Positions 26,847 to 36,022 are shown, counted from the stretch's first letter. The stretch: DNA of 64,000 bases from Acidobacteriota bacterium (GCA_019247495.1 JAFAOU010000033.1:14595-78594), one strand, 5' to 3'. Notes: a model not told the origin generated them from the letters alone. Made by a program: numbers and translations.

Positions 26847-28263
26847 CCTTCGAAGCGACTACGACATCGTTCCCATCGTGCGCGAGTTGAGCGCGGACGC
26901 CATCACGCCCGTCGCTGCATTCGCCGCGCTTTCGGGCGATGGGGAGGCGTTTCTTCTGGAGAGCGTCGAGCGCGGCGAAAACGTCGGCCGCTACTCCTTC
27001 GTCGGATTCGAGCCGCGCCGCAGTCTGCGTTTCGACGACGACACTCCCGATCCGATTGCGCTGCTGAACAACGAGCTGCGTCCGCTGCGCGTCTATCGCG
27101 AGGAGACGCTGCCGCCGTTTTTCGGCGGTGCGGTCGGCTTCTTCGGTTACAGCGTGGCCGGCTGGAGCGAGCGCATCCCCGACTCGCATCCCAACAACTG
27201 CGGCATCCCGGACGCGCGGCTGCTCTTCTTCGACAACGTCGTCGTCTTCGATCACGTCAAGCAGCGGCTCTACGTCATCGTCAATCTCTTCACCTCCGAT
27301 GCTCATGCCTCGTTCGACGAAGCGAATGCGCGGCTCGATCGCGCCATCGAAAAACTGCGGGGCGCGCGCGTGGAGCTTCTGGCGTTCCCTGACGACGTGC
27401 GCGAAGCCGAGTTCACACCGAACATCCCCCGCGACGATTTCGAGGCGGTCATCAACGCCGCGAAAGAGGAGATCGTCTCCGGCGAAATCTTCCAGATCGT
27501 TCTGTCGCAGAGCTGGAGCACCGAGTTTCCGGAGCACGACGCGCTCACGCTGTACCGCGTTCTGCGCTCGATCAATCCATCCCCGTACATGTTCCTGTTG
27601 CGGACCCCCGAGTGCACGCTCGTCGGCGCATCGCCGGAGATGCTCGTGCGCGTCGACGGCACGCGCGCCGAAACGCGCCCCATCGCTGGCACGCGCAAGC
27701 GTGGCGCAACGCACGAGGAGGACGCCGAACTGGAACGCGCCCTCGTCGCCGATCCCAAAGAACAGGCCGAGCACCTCATGCTCGTCGACCTCGGCCGCAA
27801 CGATCTCGGCCGCGTCTGCGTGAGCGGCTCCGTCTTCGTCACCGACTTCGCGCACATCGAGCGCTACAGCCACGTCATGCATCTCGTTACGAACGTCGAG
27901 GCCACGCTGCGCGACGACCGCACGCCGGTCGATCTCTTCCTCTCCTGCTTCCCCGCCGGCACGCTCACCGGTGCTCCGAAAATCCGCGCGATGGAGTTGA
28001 TCGATGCGCACGAGACCACGCGCCGCGGACCGTATGGCGGCGCCGTGGCCTATTTCGCGTTCAGCGGCAACATGGACTCGTGCATCGCCATCCGCACGAT
28101 CGTGCTCTCGAAAGGACAGGCCGCGATTCAGGCCGGTGCGGGAATCGTCTACGACTCCGATCCGGCGCGCGAATACGAGGAGACGATGAGCAAGTCGGCG
28201 GCGCTGAAGCAGGCCATCAGTGTCGCCAAAGCCGTCACAGCAGCCCGGTCTCCAACGCCTTGA
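26833..28263 (+). CDS. trpE: Anthranilate synthase component I
   Basis: 476 aa. LLESVERGENVGRYSF, IFQIVLSQ, GTLTGAPKIRAMELI, RGPYGGAVAYF, AGAGIVYDSDP. Confidence 0.92.
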   Translation: MNLDDLRSDYDIVPIVRELSADAITPVAAFAALSGDGEAFLLESVERGENVGRYSFVGFEPRRSLRFDDDTPDPIALLNNELRPLRVYREETLPPFFGGAVGFFGYSVAGWSERIPDSHPNNCGIPDARLLFFDNVVVFDHVKQRLYVIVNLFTSDAHASFDEANARLDRAIEKLRGARVELLAFPDDVREAEFTPNIPRDDFEAVINAAKEEIVSGEIFQIVLSQSWSTEFPEHDALTLYRVLRSINPSPYMFLLRTPECTLVGASPEMLVRVDGTRAETRPIAGTRKRGATHEEDAELERALVADPKEQAEHLMLVDLGRNDLGRVCVSGSVFVTDFAHIERYSHVMHLVTNVEATLRDDRTPVDLFLSCFPAGTLTGAPKIRAMELIDAHETTRRGPYGGAVAYFAFSGNMDSCIAIRTIVLSKGQAAIQAGAGIVYDSDPAREYEETMSKSAALKQAISVAKAVTAARSPTP

Positions 28264-28867
28264 GCACGGCGCGCGTGCGATCGCGTACACCGAACTTCGC
28301 CAGGATGCTCGACACCTGATTCTTGATCGTCCCTTCCGCGGTGCCGAGGGCGTGGGCGATTTCTTTGTTCGAATAGCCGCCGGACATGAGGCGAACGACT
28401 TCCAGCTCGCGCGCGGTCAGCTCCTCGATCGGCATCGCATCGTCAGCGATCGCCGGTGTCGCGCGAAGAAGACGCTGCGTGATCGCCGGCTGAAACACCG
28501 TGCCGCCCGCGGCAATAGCGCGGATCGCATTCATCAGTTGCTGATACGAGATGTCTTTCAGCAGGAAGCCGCGCGCGCCGCTGCGGATGGCGTCGAGAAC
28601 GACCGCCGTGTCGTCGAAGGTCGTGAGCACGAGCGTCGGCGGCAGCGCATCGATTGCGGACAGTTCGCGCAAAACATCGACGCCGCTCTTTTTCGGCATG
28701 CGCACATCGAGCAGCAGCACATCGACTTCCGCTTCCGGCAAGCGCTCGATCGTCTGGGCGCCGTCTTCGGCTTCGCCGGCGATGACGATTTCCGCGCCCA
28801 TCTCCAGCAGCGTTCGGATTCCCTGGCGGATGAGGAGCTGATCGTCGGCGATGAAGACGCGGATCAC
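28235..28867 (-). CDS. NarL/FixJ-type response regulator (REC + LuxR HTH)
   Basis: MIRVFIADDQLLIRQG, LLDVRMP, C-terminal LTARELEVVRLMSGGYSNKEIA. Confidence 0.9.
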   Translation of the reverse strand: MIRVFIADDQLLIRQGIRTLLEMGAEIVIAGEAEDGAQTIERLPEAEVDVLLLDVRMPKKSGVDVLRELSAIDALPPTLVLTTFDDTAVVLDAIRSGARGFLLKDISYQQLMNAIRAIAAGGTVFQPAITQRLLRATPAIADDAMPIEELTARELEVVRLMSGGYSNKEIAHALGTAEGTIKNQVSSILAKFGVRDRTRAVLKALETGLL

Positions 28868-29940
28868 GAATGGCCCCGTGCGGGAACGAACGCGGTCAGC
28901 GCGAAGCCGCGGCCGGCACCGCTCTCGATGGTCAGCTCGCCGCCGGCACCTTCGATGCGCTCGCGCATGCCGCGCAACCCGAAGCCGTCGCGCACTGCCG
29001 CGCGTCCTCGCCCGTCGTCGCGCGCGCGGACCTCGAATCCGTCGCCGCTGCGGCGCACCGTGATCCAGAGATTCTCCGCGCCCGAATGCCGCGCCGCGTT
29101 CGTCACCACTTCCTGAACGCAGCGGAGGATGACCAGGCCGCGCGCCGGGTCGTCGATGCGCAAGGCGTCATCGACTTCGAGCTGCAGGCGCGGGCGCGGC
29201 AGATCGGCGACGAGCGTCCGGAGCGCGCGGGTGAGGTCGAGGCAATCGTCTGCGTTCTTCTCGCCGACAATCGCGCGGACGTCACCAAGGAGCGTCCGAG
29301 CCAGCGACTGAGCGTTCTCTATGGAACCATGCACGACGCCCTCGGTGCGCACGAGCGCCGCTTCGAGGTTGAGGGTGAGCGCGGTCAGGTGATGGCCGAG
29401 CGCGTCGTGCAGCTCGCCGGCGATGCGAAGACGTTCGGTGAGGCGGCCACCATCGGCGACGAGATCCTGCATCGCGCGAAGTTGTGCGCTCGTGCGCAGT
29501 TCGCGGTCGAGAACCTCGAACGCGAAGAACGCCAGGATCTGAAATCCCAAGTACGGCGGTGCGAGCAGGAAGGCGGAGCGACCGTTCCAGTGGAAGGCGA
29601 CGGCTCCGCCGAGGAGCAGAGTCTGAACGGCGATCCACAAAAGTCCGCGGCGGCGATCGAGCAGCGACGGCAAGCGCATGGCGATCATCACCAGCAGCGC
29701 GCCTTCGAATCCGTCGCACAGGAGCAGCACCATGACCACCACGCAGAGCGCTTCCATCGCCAGCAATGAGAGGCGCGGATGTTTGAGACCGGCGATGAAG
29801 AGCGCGCCGAACAGGACGTACGCGACGGCCCAGCGCAGCATCACGCCGGGCGCGTTCGCGCCCTGGATGACGACCGGCAGCCCGACCATCAGCCAGGCCG
29901 TCAGGCCCGCGATGCCGAGGATGCGCGTGTGTGGCATCAC
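28864..29940 (-). CDS. Membrane sensor histidine kinase (HisKA_3 type)
   Basis: Five to six TM helices, RIAGELHDALGHHLTAL H-box, HATPase motifs. 4-nt overlap with the downstream regulator. Confidence 0.88.
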   Translation of the reverse strand: MMPHTRILGIAGLTAWLMVGLPVVIQGANAPGVMLRWAVAYVLFGALFIAGLKHPRLSLLAMEALCVVVMVLLLCDGFEGALLVMIAMRLPSLLDRRRGLLWIAVQTLLLGGAVAFHWNGRSAFLLAPPYLGFQILAFFAFEVLDRELRTSAQLRAMQDLVADGGRLTERLRIAGELHDALGHHLTALTLNLEAALVRTEGVVHGSIENAQSLARTLLGDVRAIVGEKNADDCLDLTRALRTLVADLPRPRLQLEVDDALRIDDPARGLVILRCVQEVVTNAARHSGAENLWITVRRSGDGFEVRARDDGRGRAAVRDGFGLRGMRERIEGAGGELTIESGAGRGFALTAFVPARGHS

Positions 29941-30062
29941 GCGAGGATGTCATAGCGCCGGCGGCGCGTGAATAGGCCGGAAGTCACATGCCGGACGATG
30001 CGCCGAGCGGCACATGCGCCGCCGCCTCGCCGCGCGTACGTTGTGCGGCGGAGGATTTCATC

Positions 30063-30824
30063 ATGCGACTCGTTTTACTCGCTGCAATGATCATCGGCAT
30101 TACGATTCCCGCCATGGCGGAAGACGATTTTCTGAAAGCGGTCAACTCCGGCGACGTCGCCACGGTGCGGACGATGCTGGCGCGCGATCCCGCGCTCGCC
30201 AACGCGAAGAATGCGAAAGGCACCAGCGCCGTCATCAGCGCGCTCTTCATCAACAAGGGAGAAGGCTTCCTCGATCCGGCGAAGAACGAGATGTTGCAGG
30301 CGATCCTCGCGCAGAAGCCTCACCTCGATATCTTCGAGACCGCGGCGCTCGGCACAGCCTCGCAACTCGACGCGATGCTGACCGATGCTGATGCGATCCA
30401 TCGCCGTAACCATTTCGGCTGGACGCTGCTGCACATGTCGGCATTCGGCGGCAACGTCGCCACGACCGAGCTCCTGATCAAAAAAGGCGCTGCGATCGAA
30501 GCCCGCGCCGGATCGAAGTTCCGCAACACGCCGCTGCAGACCGCGCTGCTTTCCAATCAGTACGCGACGGCGAAGGTCCTGCTCGAGCACGGCGCCGACG
30601 CGCTGGTCCGTCAGTCGAGAGGCTTCACGCCGATGCACGAAGGCGCGCTCAGTGGACGCATCGACATCATCCAGCTCCTCCTCGACCACGGCGCCGAAAT
30701 GAACTCCGTCGCTGACAACGGCGAGACCCCGCTGGCCTCCGCCATCCGCGGCAAGCACGACGACGTGGTGGCGTGGATGAAGACGAAAGGGGCGGTGGTG
30801 GGGATTCAGGTGATCGAGGAGTAG
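30063..30824 (+). CDS. Secreted ankyrin-repeat protein
   Basis: Trimmed to ATG 30063 (signal MRLVLLAAMIIGITIPAMA). Repeated G.T.LH.A...G......LL..GA units. Confidence 0.8.
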   Translation: MRLVLLAAMIIGITIPAMAEDDFLKAVNSGDVATVRTMLARDPALANAKNAKGTSAVISALFINKGEGFLDPAKNEMLQAILAQKPHLDIFETAALGTASQLDAMLTDADAIHRRNHFGWTLLHMSAFGGNVATTELLIKKGAAIEARAGSKFRNTPLQTALLSNQYATAKVLLEHGADALVRQSRGFTPMHEGALSGRIDIIQLLLDHGAEMNSVADNGETPLASAIRGKHDDVVAWMKTKGAVVGIQVIEE

Positions 30825-30830
30825 AACTCA

Positions 30831-30868
30831 ACCACAGAGACACAGAGGTATCTCTGTGTCTCTGTGGT
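30831..30868. repeat. (CACAGAGA)n perfect hairpin
   Basis: accacagagacacagag-gtat-ctctgtgtctctgtggt, a 17-bp perfect stem 7 nt after the ankyrin stop. No T-tract. Second copy at 59913..59970. Confidence 0.9.
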
Positions 30869-30975
30869 GAAAAACGAAGTTAGCATTCCGTCGCAACCTC
30901 ACCGGCGACTTCCGCATCCGCGCCAGGCCGGAAGAGATGCTGGAAGCTGCGAAGATGCTGAAGTAGTGGATTGAT

Positions 30976-31081
30976 TGTGTGGCACAGACACGCTTGTCTG
31001 TGCTGTCGCAAGGTGCAGCGGCTGAAGTTTCTCCGACCACCCAAGCCTCACCAGCACAGACAAGAGTGTCTGTGCCACACA
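30976..31081. repeat. Double GCACAGACA-type hairpin arranged as a larger palindrome
   Basis: tgtgtggcacagaca-cgct-tgtctgtgctg ... cagcacagaca-agag-tgtctgtgccacaca. The outer ends are mutually complementary. Confidence 0.8.
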
Positions 31082-31090
31082 GGCCGCAAC

Positions 31091-31115
31091 TTGAGATCAC
31101 AATTTGTGATCTCAA
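31091..31115. promoter_or_regulatory. Perfect 11-3-11 palindrome, candidate operator upstream of the asparaginase II-rhodanese-DsbA operon
   Basis: ttgagatcaca-att-tgtgatctcaa, 20 nt upstream of the chosen start. Not related to the local repeat families. Confidence 0.45.
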
Positions 31116-31135
31116 AGTCCGCTTACACTCACGCG

Positions 31136-32200
31136 GTGCAAGTACTTGCGCGCGTCTATCGCGGCGATCAGATCGAGTCGTTTCATACCGGATCGATTGC
31201 CGTCGTCGACTCTCTCGGACGTCTGCTCGCGTATGCCGGCGAGCCGGGATTGCAGACTTGCCTTCGCTCCGCCGCAAAGCCGTTTCAGGCCATTCCGCTG
31301 CTCGAGTATGGCGGCGCCGATGAGTACGAGCTGTCGAATGAAGAGATCGCGCTGACGTGCGGATCGCATGGTGGCGAGCCGCTGCATGTTGCAACCGCGG
31401 CCGCGTTGCTGCGGAAGGGGGAGTTCGATGAGTCCGACCTCCTTTGCGGTGCGCACGTTCCGTACGACGAGAAGGCGGCGGCGGAACTTCGCGCGGCGGG
31501 CGACGAGCCGTCGGCGCTGCACAACAACTGCTCGGGCAAACATGCGGGCATGCTGTTGTGCACGCAGGTCATGGACGTTCCGTCGAACGACTACATCGAT
31601 GCCGCGCATCCCTTACAGGAAACCATGCGCGCCACGCTCGGCGATTTCGCCGATCTCGATGCTGACGAGATTCCGATCGCCATCGACGGCTGTGGCGTCC
31701 CCGCGTTCTTCCTCTCGCTGCAGCGGACCGCCTTCGCGTACGCGCGGCTGATGGCGACGACGGAGAGCGGCATCGCCGGCGCGCTGGAGCGTTACGCAGG
31801 CAGCGCCGCGCAGATCGTCAACGCCATGACCGGCTTTTCGCAATACGTCGCCGGCGCGTGGAGCATGACCACGCCGCTGATGCAGGCGTTCGGCGGCGAG
31901 CTGCTGGCGAAAGAGGGCGCCGAGGGGCTGTACGCGATGGCGATGGCACCGTCGCTGGTGGGGGCGTTGACCGGGCGCCTGCGCGTCGCCGATGATGTCG
32001 CGGTCGGCATCGCCCTGAAGATCCATGACGGCTCGATGGTGCGCGGCCGCAATCCAGTCATTCTGAAGACTCTCGAAATCCTCGGCGCCGGCGTTTCCTC
32101 GGCTCCGGAGTTGCAACCGTTTCGCCGTCAGCAAGTATTCAATGTGGCCGGAAAAGTCGCCGGCGAAGTCCGGGCCGAGTTCGAGTTGGAGATTCTATGA
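31136..32200 (+). CDS. L-asparaginase II family protein (PF06089)
   Basis: Trimmed from 30971 (the extension reads through hairpins). YRGDQIESFHTGSIAVVD, RSAAKPFQA, TCGSHGGEP, NNCSGKHAGML. Start is GTG 31136 or GTG 31106. Confidence 0.75.
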   Translation: MQVLARVYRGDQIESFHTGSIAVVDSLGRLLAYAGEPGLQTCLRSAAKPFQAIPLLEYGGADEYELSNEEIALTCGSHGGEPLHVATAAALLRKGEFDESDLLCGAHVPYDEKAAAELRAAGDEPSALHNNCSGKHAGMLLCTQVMDVPSNDYIDAAHPLQETMRATLGDFADLDADEIPIAIDGCGVPAFFLSLQRTAFAYARLMATTESGIAGALERYAGSAAQIVNAMTGFSQYVAGAWSMTTPLMQAFGGELLAKEGAEGLYAMAMAPSLVGALTGRLRVADDVAVGIALKIHDGSMVRGRNPVILKTLEILGAGVSSAPELQPFRRQQVFNVAGKVAGEVRAEFELEIL

Positions 32201-32613
32201 AGACTTCCGCAGCGCTATTGATTTCTGCGATTTGCCTCCTGCCCTCCTGCCGCACCGTCGGCGTGTCGAAGACCAGCGGCGGCTACGCGGAGATCGCGCC
32301 CACCATCGCCGCCGAAATGATTCTCGACAGCCAGCAGATCGTCGTCATCGACGTCCGTCCATCCTCCGCGTATCGCGGACCCGAGGGACACATTCCGGGA
32401 GCGATCAGCGCGCCGTTTGAAACCATCGAGATGCGGCTACCCGAATTGCTGCCGTATCAGAACCAGACCGTGCTCGTTTACGGCGAGACCGGCGAGGATG
32501 GCGCGGTGGCGGCGCAACTGTTGAGCGTGGCCGGCTTCCGCAACGTCGTACACGTCAACGGCGGCATCAAGGAATGGATTGAACGCGGCTACCGCACTGT
32601 TAACGCGCAATGA
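32197..32613 (+). CDS. Rhodanese-homology-domain lipoprotein lacking the catalytic Cys
   Basis: ATGA overlap with the upstream stop. Lipobox LLPSC. IDVRPSSAYRGPEGHIPGAI, but the active-site loop reads VLVYGETGEDG (Gly in place of Cys). Confidence 0.7.
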   Translation: MKTSAALLISAICLLPSCRTVGVSKTSGGYAEIAPTIAAEMILDSQQIVVIDVRPSSAYRGPEGHIPGAISAPFETIEMRLPELLPYQNQTVLVYGETGEDGAVAAQLLSVAGFRNVVHVNGGIKEWIERGYRTVNAQ

Positions 32614-32641
32614 TTTGAATCCGGTCCGATAGGAATTGACG

Positions 32642-33709
32642 ATGAAACGAACGCTCCTGGCCACGTTGCTGGCCCTCCTCCCCTTCTGTGTTCTGGCGCA
32701 ACGCGCGCCGACGCTCAACGGCGCACTGACGAATTTCGCGTCCCGCTCGCTGGCGAAATGTCCTGAAGCCAAAATCAGCGTGGTGCCACTTGGTCAGGAG
32801 GGTCCGCGCGGCTTCACGCTGTACACGCTGACGCAGGAATCGAGCGACCCGAGTTGCCAGCGCAAAACGTACATGCTGCACTCGCCTGTCAGCGGCCAGG
32901 TGCTGATCGGCACGATCTTCTCGCTGCCGCCCGACTCACGGCCACTGACGGCGCGCATCGCCGAGGTGGGAAGCGCCGCGCTGAAAGAGCCGGTGTCGGC
33001 GACGGTTGCGCCGTTTCCTCTTCCTGACGGCATCCACGCGGTCTCGATCGTCAAGCAGTCGAAGGCTGCCGGCGGCGGATTCACGTATCACGGCTTTGTC
33101 GACGCCTCGAATGGCTACCTGATCGTCGGCACGCGCGGCAGCCTGAACGTCGATCCGGGAAAGTCGCTCATCGACACGATCGGCCTCGGCGGCGCGACGC
33201 GGCGCGGGAATCCGAAGTCGAAGGTTCAGATCATCGAGCTCTCCGACTTCGAGTGTCCCACCTGCGCGAAGGCTCACAAGAAGGTCGAGCCGATCATCGC
33301 GAAGAACCTCGACAAGGTCGATTACTACCGCCTCGACCTCCCGCTCTTCGAGCATCACGAGTGGGCTCTCGCCGCCGCCCTCGGCGCGCGCGCGATTTCG
33401 AAGGTGGCGCCGGCGAAGTACTGGAACTACGTGAATTTCGTTTACGAAAATCAGGAGACGATCGGCAAGCAGCCGTTCGACAAGTTCTACCAGAACTGGA
33501 TCGAAGACCACGACATCAACTGGAAGGCCATCGAGAAGATCTACAGATCGCCGGTCGAGAAGAAAGCGCTGATCGATCAGGTCAGCCGCGCCTTCGACAA
33601 CGGCGTGCTGTCTACTCCGACCTACATCATCAACGGCCAGGTCCTCGGCTTCGGCCCGGAAGGACAGTTCACGATCGACGCGATCAAGAGCGCGCTCGGG
33701 GTGAAGTAG
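32642..33709 (+). CDS. Secreted DsbA-family thiol:disulfide oxidoreductase with extra N-terminal domain
   Basis: ATG 32642 (AGGAA upstream; track start is TTG 32636). ELSDFECPTCAKAH CxxC motif, C-terminal TPTYIINGQ. Confidence 0.8.
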   Translation: MKRTLLATLLALLPFCVLAQRAPTLNGALTNFASRSLAKCPEAKISVVPLGQEGPRGFTLYTLTQESSDPSCQRKTYMLHSPVSGQVLIGTIFSLPPDSRPLTARIAEVGSAALKEPVSATVAPFPLPDGIHAVSIVKQSKAAGGGFTYHGFVDASNGYLIVGTRGSLNVDPGKSLIDTIGLGGATRRGNPKSKVQIIELSDFECPTCAKAHKKVEPIIAKNLDKVDYYRLDLPLFEHHEWALAAALGARAISKVAPAKYWNYVNFVYENQETIGKQPFDKFYQNWIEDHDINWKAIEKIYRSPVEKKALIDQVSRAFDNGVLSTPTYIINGQVLGFGPEGQFTIDAIKSALGVK

Positions 33710-33733
33710 GGCGCCGCCTGGGGTTACGTTTCA

Positions 33734-33949
33734 GTCGCGCGCGAAGGCGCGCTCGACAATCGTAGCCCCGCGCTCGGCGCGGGGTTAGCAGGTTGAGCGG
33801 GATGTGCGGCCGCGAAGGCGGCCGCTACAAAATCTCGCGCTGCCGTTTACTTTGTGGCGGCCGCCTCCGCGGTCACGAAATTTGGCCACGTCCGTTTTCC
33901 CCGCGCCGAGCGCGGGGCTAGGCTTGTTAAGCGCGCCTTCGCGCGCGAC
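33734..33949. repeat. Composite palindromic MITE-like element (mirrored set of GC-rich mini-hairpins)
   Basis: gtcgcgcgcgaaggcgcgct / agcgcgccttcgcgcgcgac outer pair; ccccgcgctcggcgcgggg / ccccgcgccgagcgcgggg; central gcggccgcgaaggcggccgc. Lies between convergent genes. Confidence 0.75.
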
Positions 33950-33996
33950 ACGAGCGCTTAGGTCGCGACATTTCCTCACAGGCACTCAGTTGACCG

Positions 33997-34824
33997 CTAA
34001 AACCCGATCGAAATCTTCGCCGCGTAGCTCCGAACCTCGGCTTGTGTCACTTCGACGACGAGCTTTGGCACCATCAGCGACAGCCGCACGCCGGCGGTGT
34101 AGCGATTCAGGCTGCTCTTGTCCGTCAGCGTGAATGCCGTCGAATGCGACGTCGCGGGGACGTCGCCGCGCGCGTCGATGCGCATCCGTCCGATCGCCGC
34201 GTACGGCGTGATCGGACCGAAGCCTTTGCTGAGGAAGACTTCCGCGCCGTACGTTTTCTCGTGGAAGACGTCGATGCCGGTGAGCGTCGAGTAAGAAAGC
34301 CGCAGCGCGAGCTCCGGTTTCAGCAAACCGCCGCGAAGCAGCGGCGTGTCGATCGCGCCGCCCCAGGTCTTGATGCCGCTGTTCGAAACTTTCGCGTACG
34401 TGCCGGAGATCGTGCCGAAGCCGAACCCTTTCGACGCCACAAGGCGAGGGACGCCGATGTAGCCGTGCGACGTGAACGTGTTTCCCTGCGGCACCGCGGC
34501 GCGCCAGTAGGCGGCGCCTTCGTCAATCTTCACGACCGTCGCCGCAACGCCGGCGTCGAATCCGAGGACGCCGCTGGCGCGCGCGGGCTGCACGGGCGTC
34601 GCGAAAATCGCCTGGCCGACCACGCGCGCGAATTGGCTGAAGTTCGCCTGATTGACGAGATTCGGATCGAACTTCACGTCTTGCGCGAACGCAGGCAACG
34701 CAGCGAACGCGATCAGAAAAGCTGCGACATGTACTCGTTGCTCAAAAGGAAACCGGAAGGGGTGAAGGCGACGCGATTTTCCACCCGCCGCAGCCACCCG
34801 TCGCTCAAGCCTCGATCCATCCAT
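33997..34824 (-). CDS. Outer-membrane beta-barrel protein (C-terminal Phe)
   Basis: Track ORF trimmed to ATG 34824, which has GAGGAGGG 6 nt upstream. Hydrophobic signal core AAFLIAFAALPAFAQD. Alternating beta-strand pattern ending AAKISIGF. The first 112 nt overlap the hemW 3' end. Confidence 0.65.
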   Translation of the reverse strand: MDGSRLERRVAAAGGKSRRLHPFRFPFEQRVHVAAFLIAFAALPAFAQDVKFDPNLVNQANFSQFARVVGQAIFATPVQPARASGVLGFDAGVAATVVKIDEGAAYWRAAVPQGNTFTSHGYIGVPRLVASKGFGFGTISGTYAKVSNSGIKTWGGAIDTPLLRGGLLKPELALRLSYSTLTGIDVFHEKTYGAEVFLSKGFGPITPYAAIGRMRIDARGDVPATSHSTAFTLTDKSSLNRYTAGVRLSLMVPKLVVEVTQAEVRSYAAKISIGF

Positions 34825-35804
34825 GCGATTCCCTCCTCGCCGCAAAGTCGTACAACGTCCGCATAGTTTATGCCCTCGGCCTGCCGCAGCCGGAGGAAGA
34901 TGGTCTCGCGCCGCACTTCGCCCTCGCCGAGGACTTCGGCGAACTCCGGCTCGCGCTGGCGGGCGATGTAGCGATGAATGTCGCGCGTGTTCGCAAAGCG
35001 GCGATCGCCAATGAACGAATGCGCGCCGATGCCAAATCCCAGGTAGTGCTCGCGGCGCCAGTAACGAAGATTGTGGCGGCACTCCTCGCCCGGACGCGCG
35101 AAGTTGCTGATCTCGTACTGCGCCAAGCCGGCGTCTGCGAATCGCTCGATGGCCATCGTGTAGAGATCGGCGACGAGGTCTTCGTCCGGGAGCGTGACGC
35201 GTTCGTCTTCGACCTGCCGCGCTAAAGCCGTCCCTTCTTCGAGATCGAGCATGTAGAGCGAGACGTGGCCGGCGCCCGTGTCGATGGCGGTCACCAGCGT
35301 TTCTTCGAAACTCGCCGCCGTCTGCCGCGGTAACCCGAGGATGAGATCGAGACTGGTGCGAACTCCGGAGGCCGCCGCGATCCGAACCGCTTCGAGCGCC
35401 TGCGCGCGTCCATGCACGCGGCCGAGCGGACGCAGCTCATCATCATGAAACGACTGCACGCCGACGCTGACGCGGTTGACGCCGAGCGATCGCCAGAAGG
35501 CGACGGCGTCTTCACTGACATCTTCCGGATTCGCCTCGATCGAGAATTCAACACCGTTGTCGATGACAAACCGCTCGCGAATTTGATTCACGACGCGGGA
35601 GAGATTTTCACGCGATGTCCGCGACGGCGTCCCACCGCCGAAGAAGATGCTGTCAACGCGCTCCCCATTCGAACGCGCCTCGATCTCCGCAACCAACGCC
35701 TCGGTGTATTGATCCTGCAGACGAATGTCCGTCGAAACCGCAAACGGACAGTACGTGCAGTGAACGCGGCAGAACGGGAGGTGGATGTAGAGGCCGAGGG
35801 GCAT
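34713..35804 (-). CDS. hemW: Radical SAM heme chaperone HemW / HemN-like
   Basis: LYIHLPFCRVHCTYCPF (CxxxCxxC), GGGTPS, HemN C-terminal domain. Confidence 0.88.
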   Translation of the reverse strand: MPLGLYIHLPFCRVHCTYCPFAVSTDIRLQDQYTEALVAEIEARSNGERVDSIFFGGGTPSRTSRENLSRVVNQIRERFVIDNGVEFSIEANPEDVSEDAVAFWRSLGVNRVSVGVQSFHDDELRPLGRVHGRAQALEAVRIAAASGVRTSLDLILGLPRQTAASFEETLVTAIDTGAGHVSLYMLDLEEGTALARQVEDERVTLPDEDLVADLYTMAIERFADAGLAQYEISNFARPGEECRHNLRYWRREHYLGFGIGAHSFIGDRRFANTRDIHRYIARQREPEFAEVLGEGEVRRETIFLRLRQAEGINYADVVRLCGEEGIAWMDRGLSDGWLRRVENRVAFTPSGFLLSNEYMSQLF

Positions 35805-35821
35805 GCCGCGTGGTTCTGAAT

Positions 35822-36022
35822 TCAGAGGATGACCGGCCGGTCGAGATCCTTGCTCCGCTCGAAATCCTCATCGGACCCGACTTCCGGCATTTGCTCGATG
35901 AGTTCCCTGGGCGTATTCGTGACGCGCGCGATTTCGCGAGCGCGCTTTGCCGCGCGAGCCAACGCTCTAGGCACAGCCTGCATGTCGGCGTCGGGCAGTT
36001 TCGATTCCCACATTTCACTCAC
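35822..36022 (-). CDS. Small protein coupled downstream of the zeta-like kinase (candidate antitoxin)
   Basis: 66 aa. 8-nt overlap with the upstream gene. AVPRALARAAKRAREIARVTNTP helix. No family confidently recognised. Confidence 0.45.
   Translation of the reverse strand: MSEMWESKLPDADMQAVPRALARAAKRAREIARVTNTPRELIEQMPEVGSDEDFERSKDLDRPVIL

Noticed and set aside
26767-28290. 507-aa ORF antisense to trpE
   Set aside because: It lies opposite a fully conserved TrpE frame and has a low-complexity Arg/Asp/Gly-rich translation.
30871-30966. Start-less open frame ending ...RPEEMLEAAKMLK* as a pseudogene feature
   Set aside because: It has only 31 codons and no start until ATG 30937, and I cannot verify homology without a search. 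It is kept as a remark in a finding rather than an annotated feature.
30971-31135. 55-codon upstream extension of the asparaginase II ORF
   Set aside because: It is a translation of the hairpin repeats and the operator-like palindrome (..HRHACLCC..HRQECLCH..). Family homology starts near residue 56.
33785-34133. Track ORFs 33785..33985 (-) and 33804..34133 (+)
   Set aside because: They lie inside or across the mirrored hairpin element and the antisense of the outer-membrane protein gene. They are low-complexity Arg/Pro/Ala translations.
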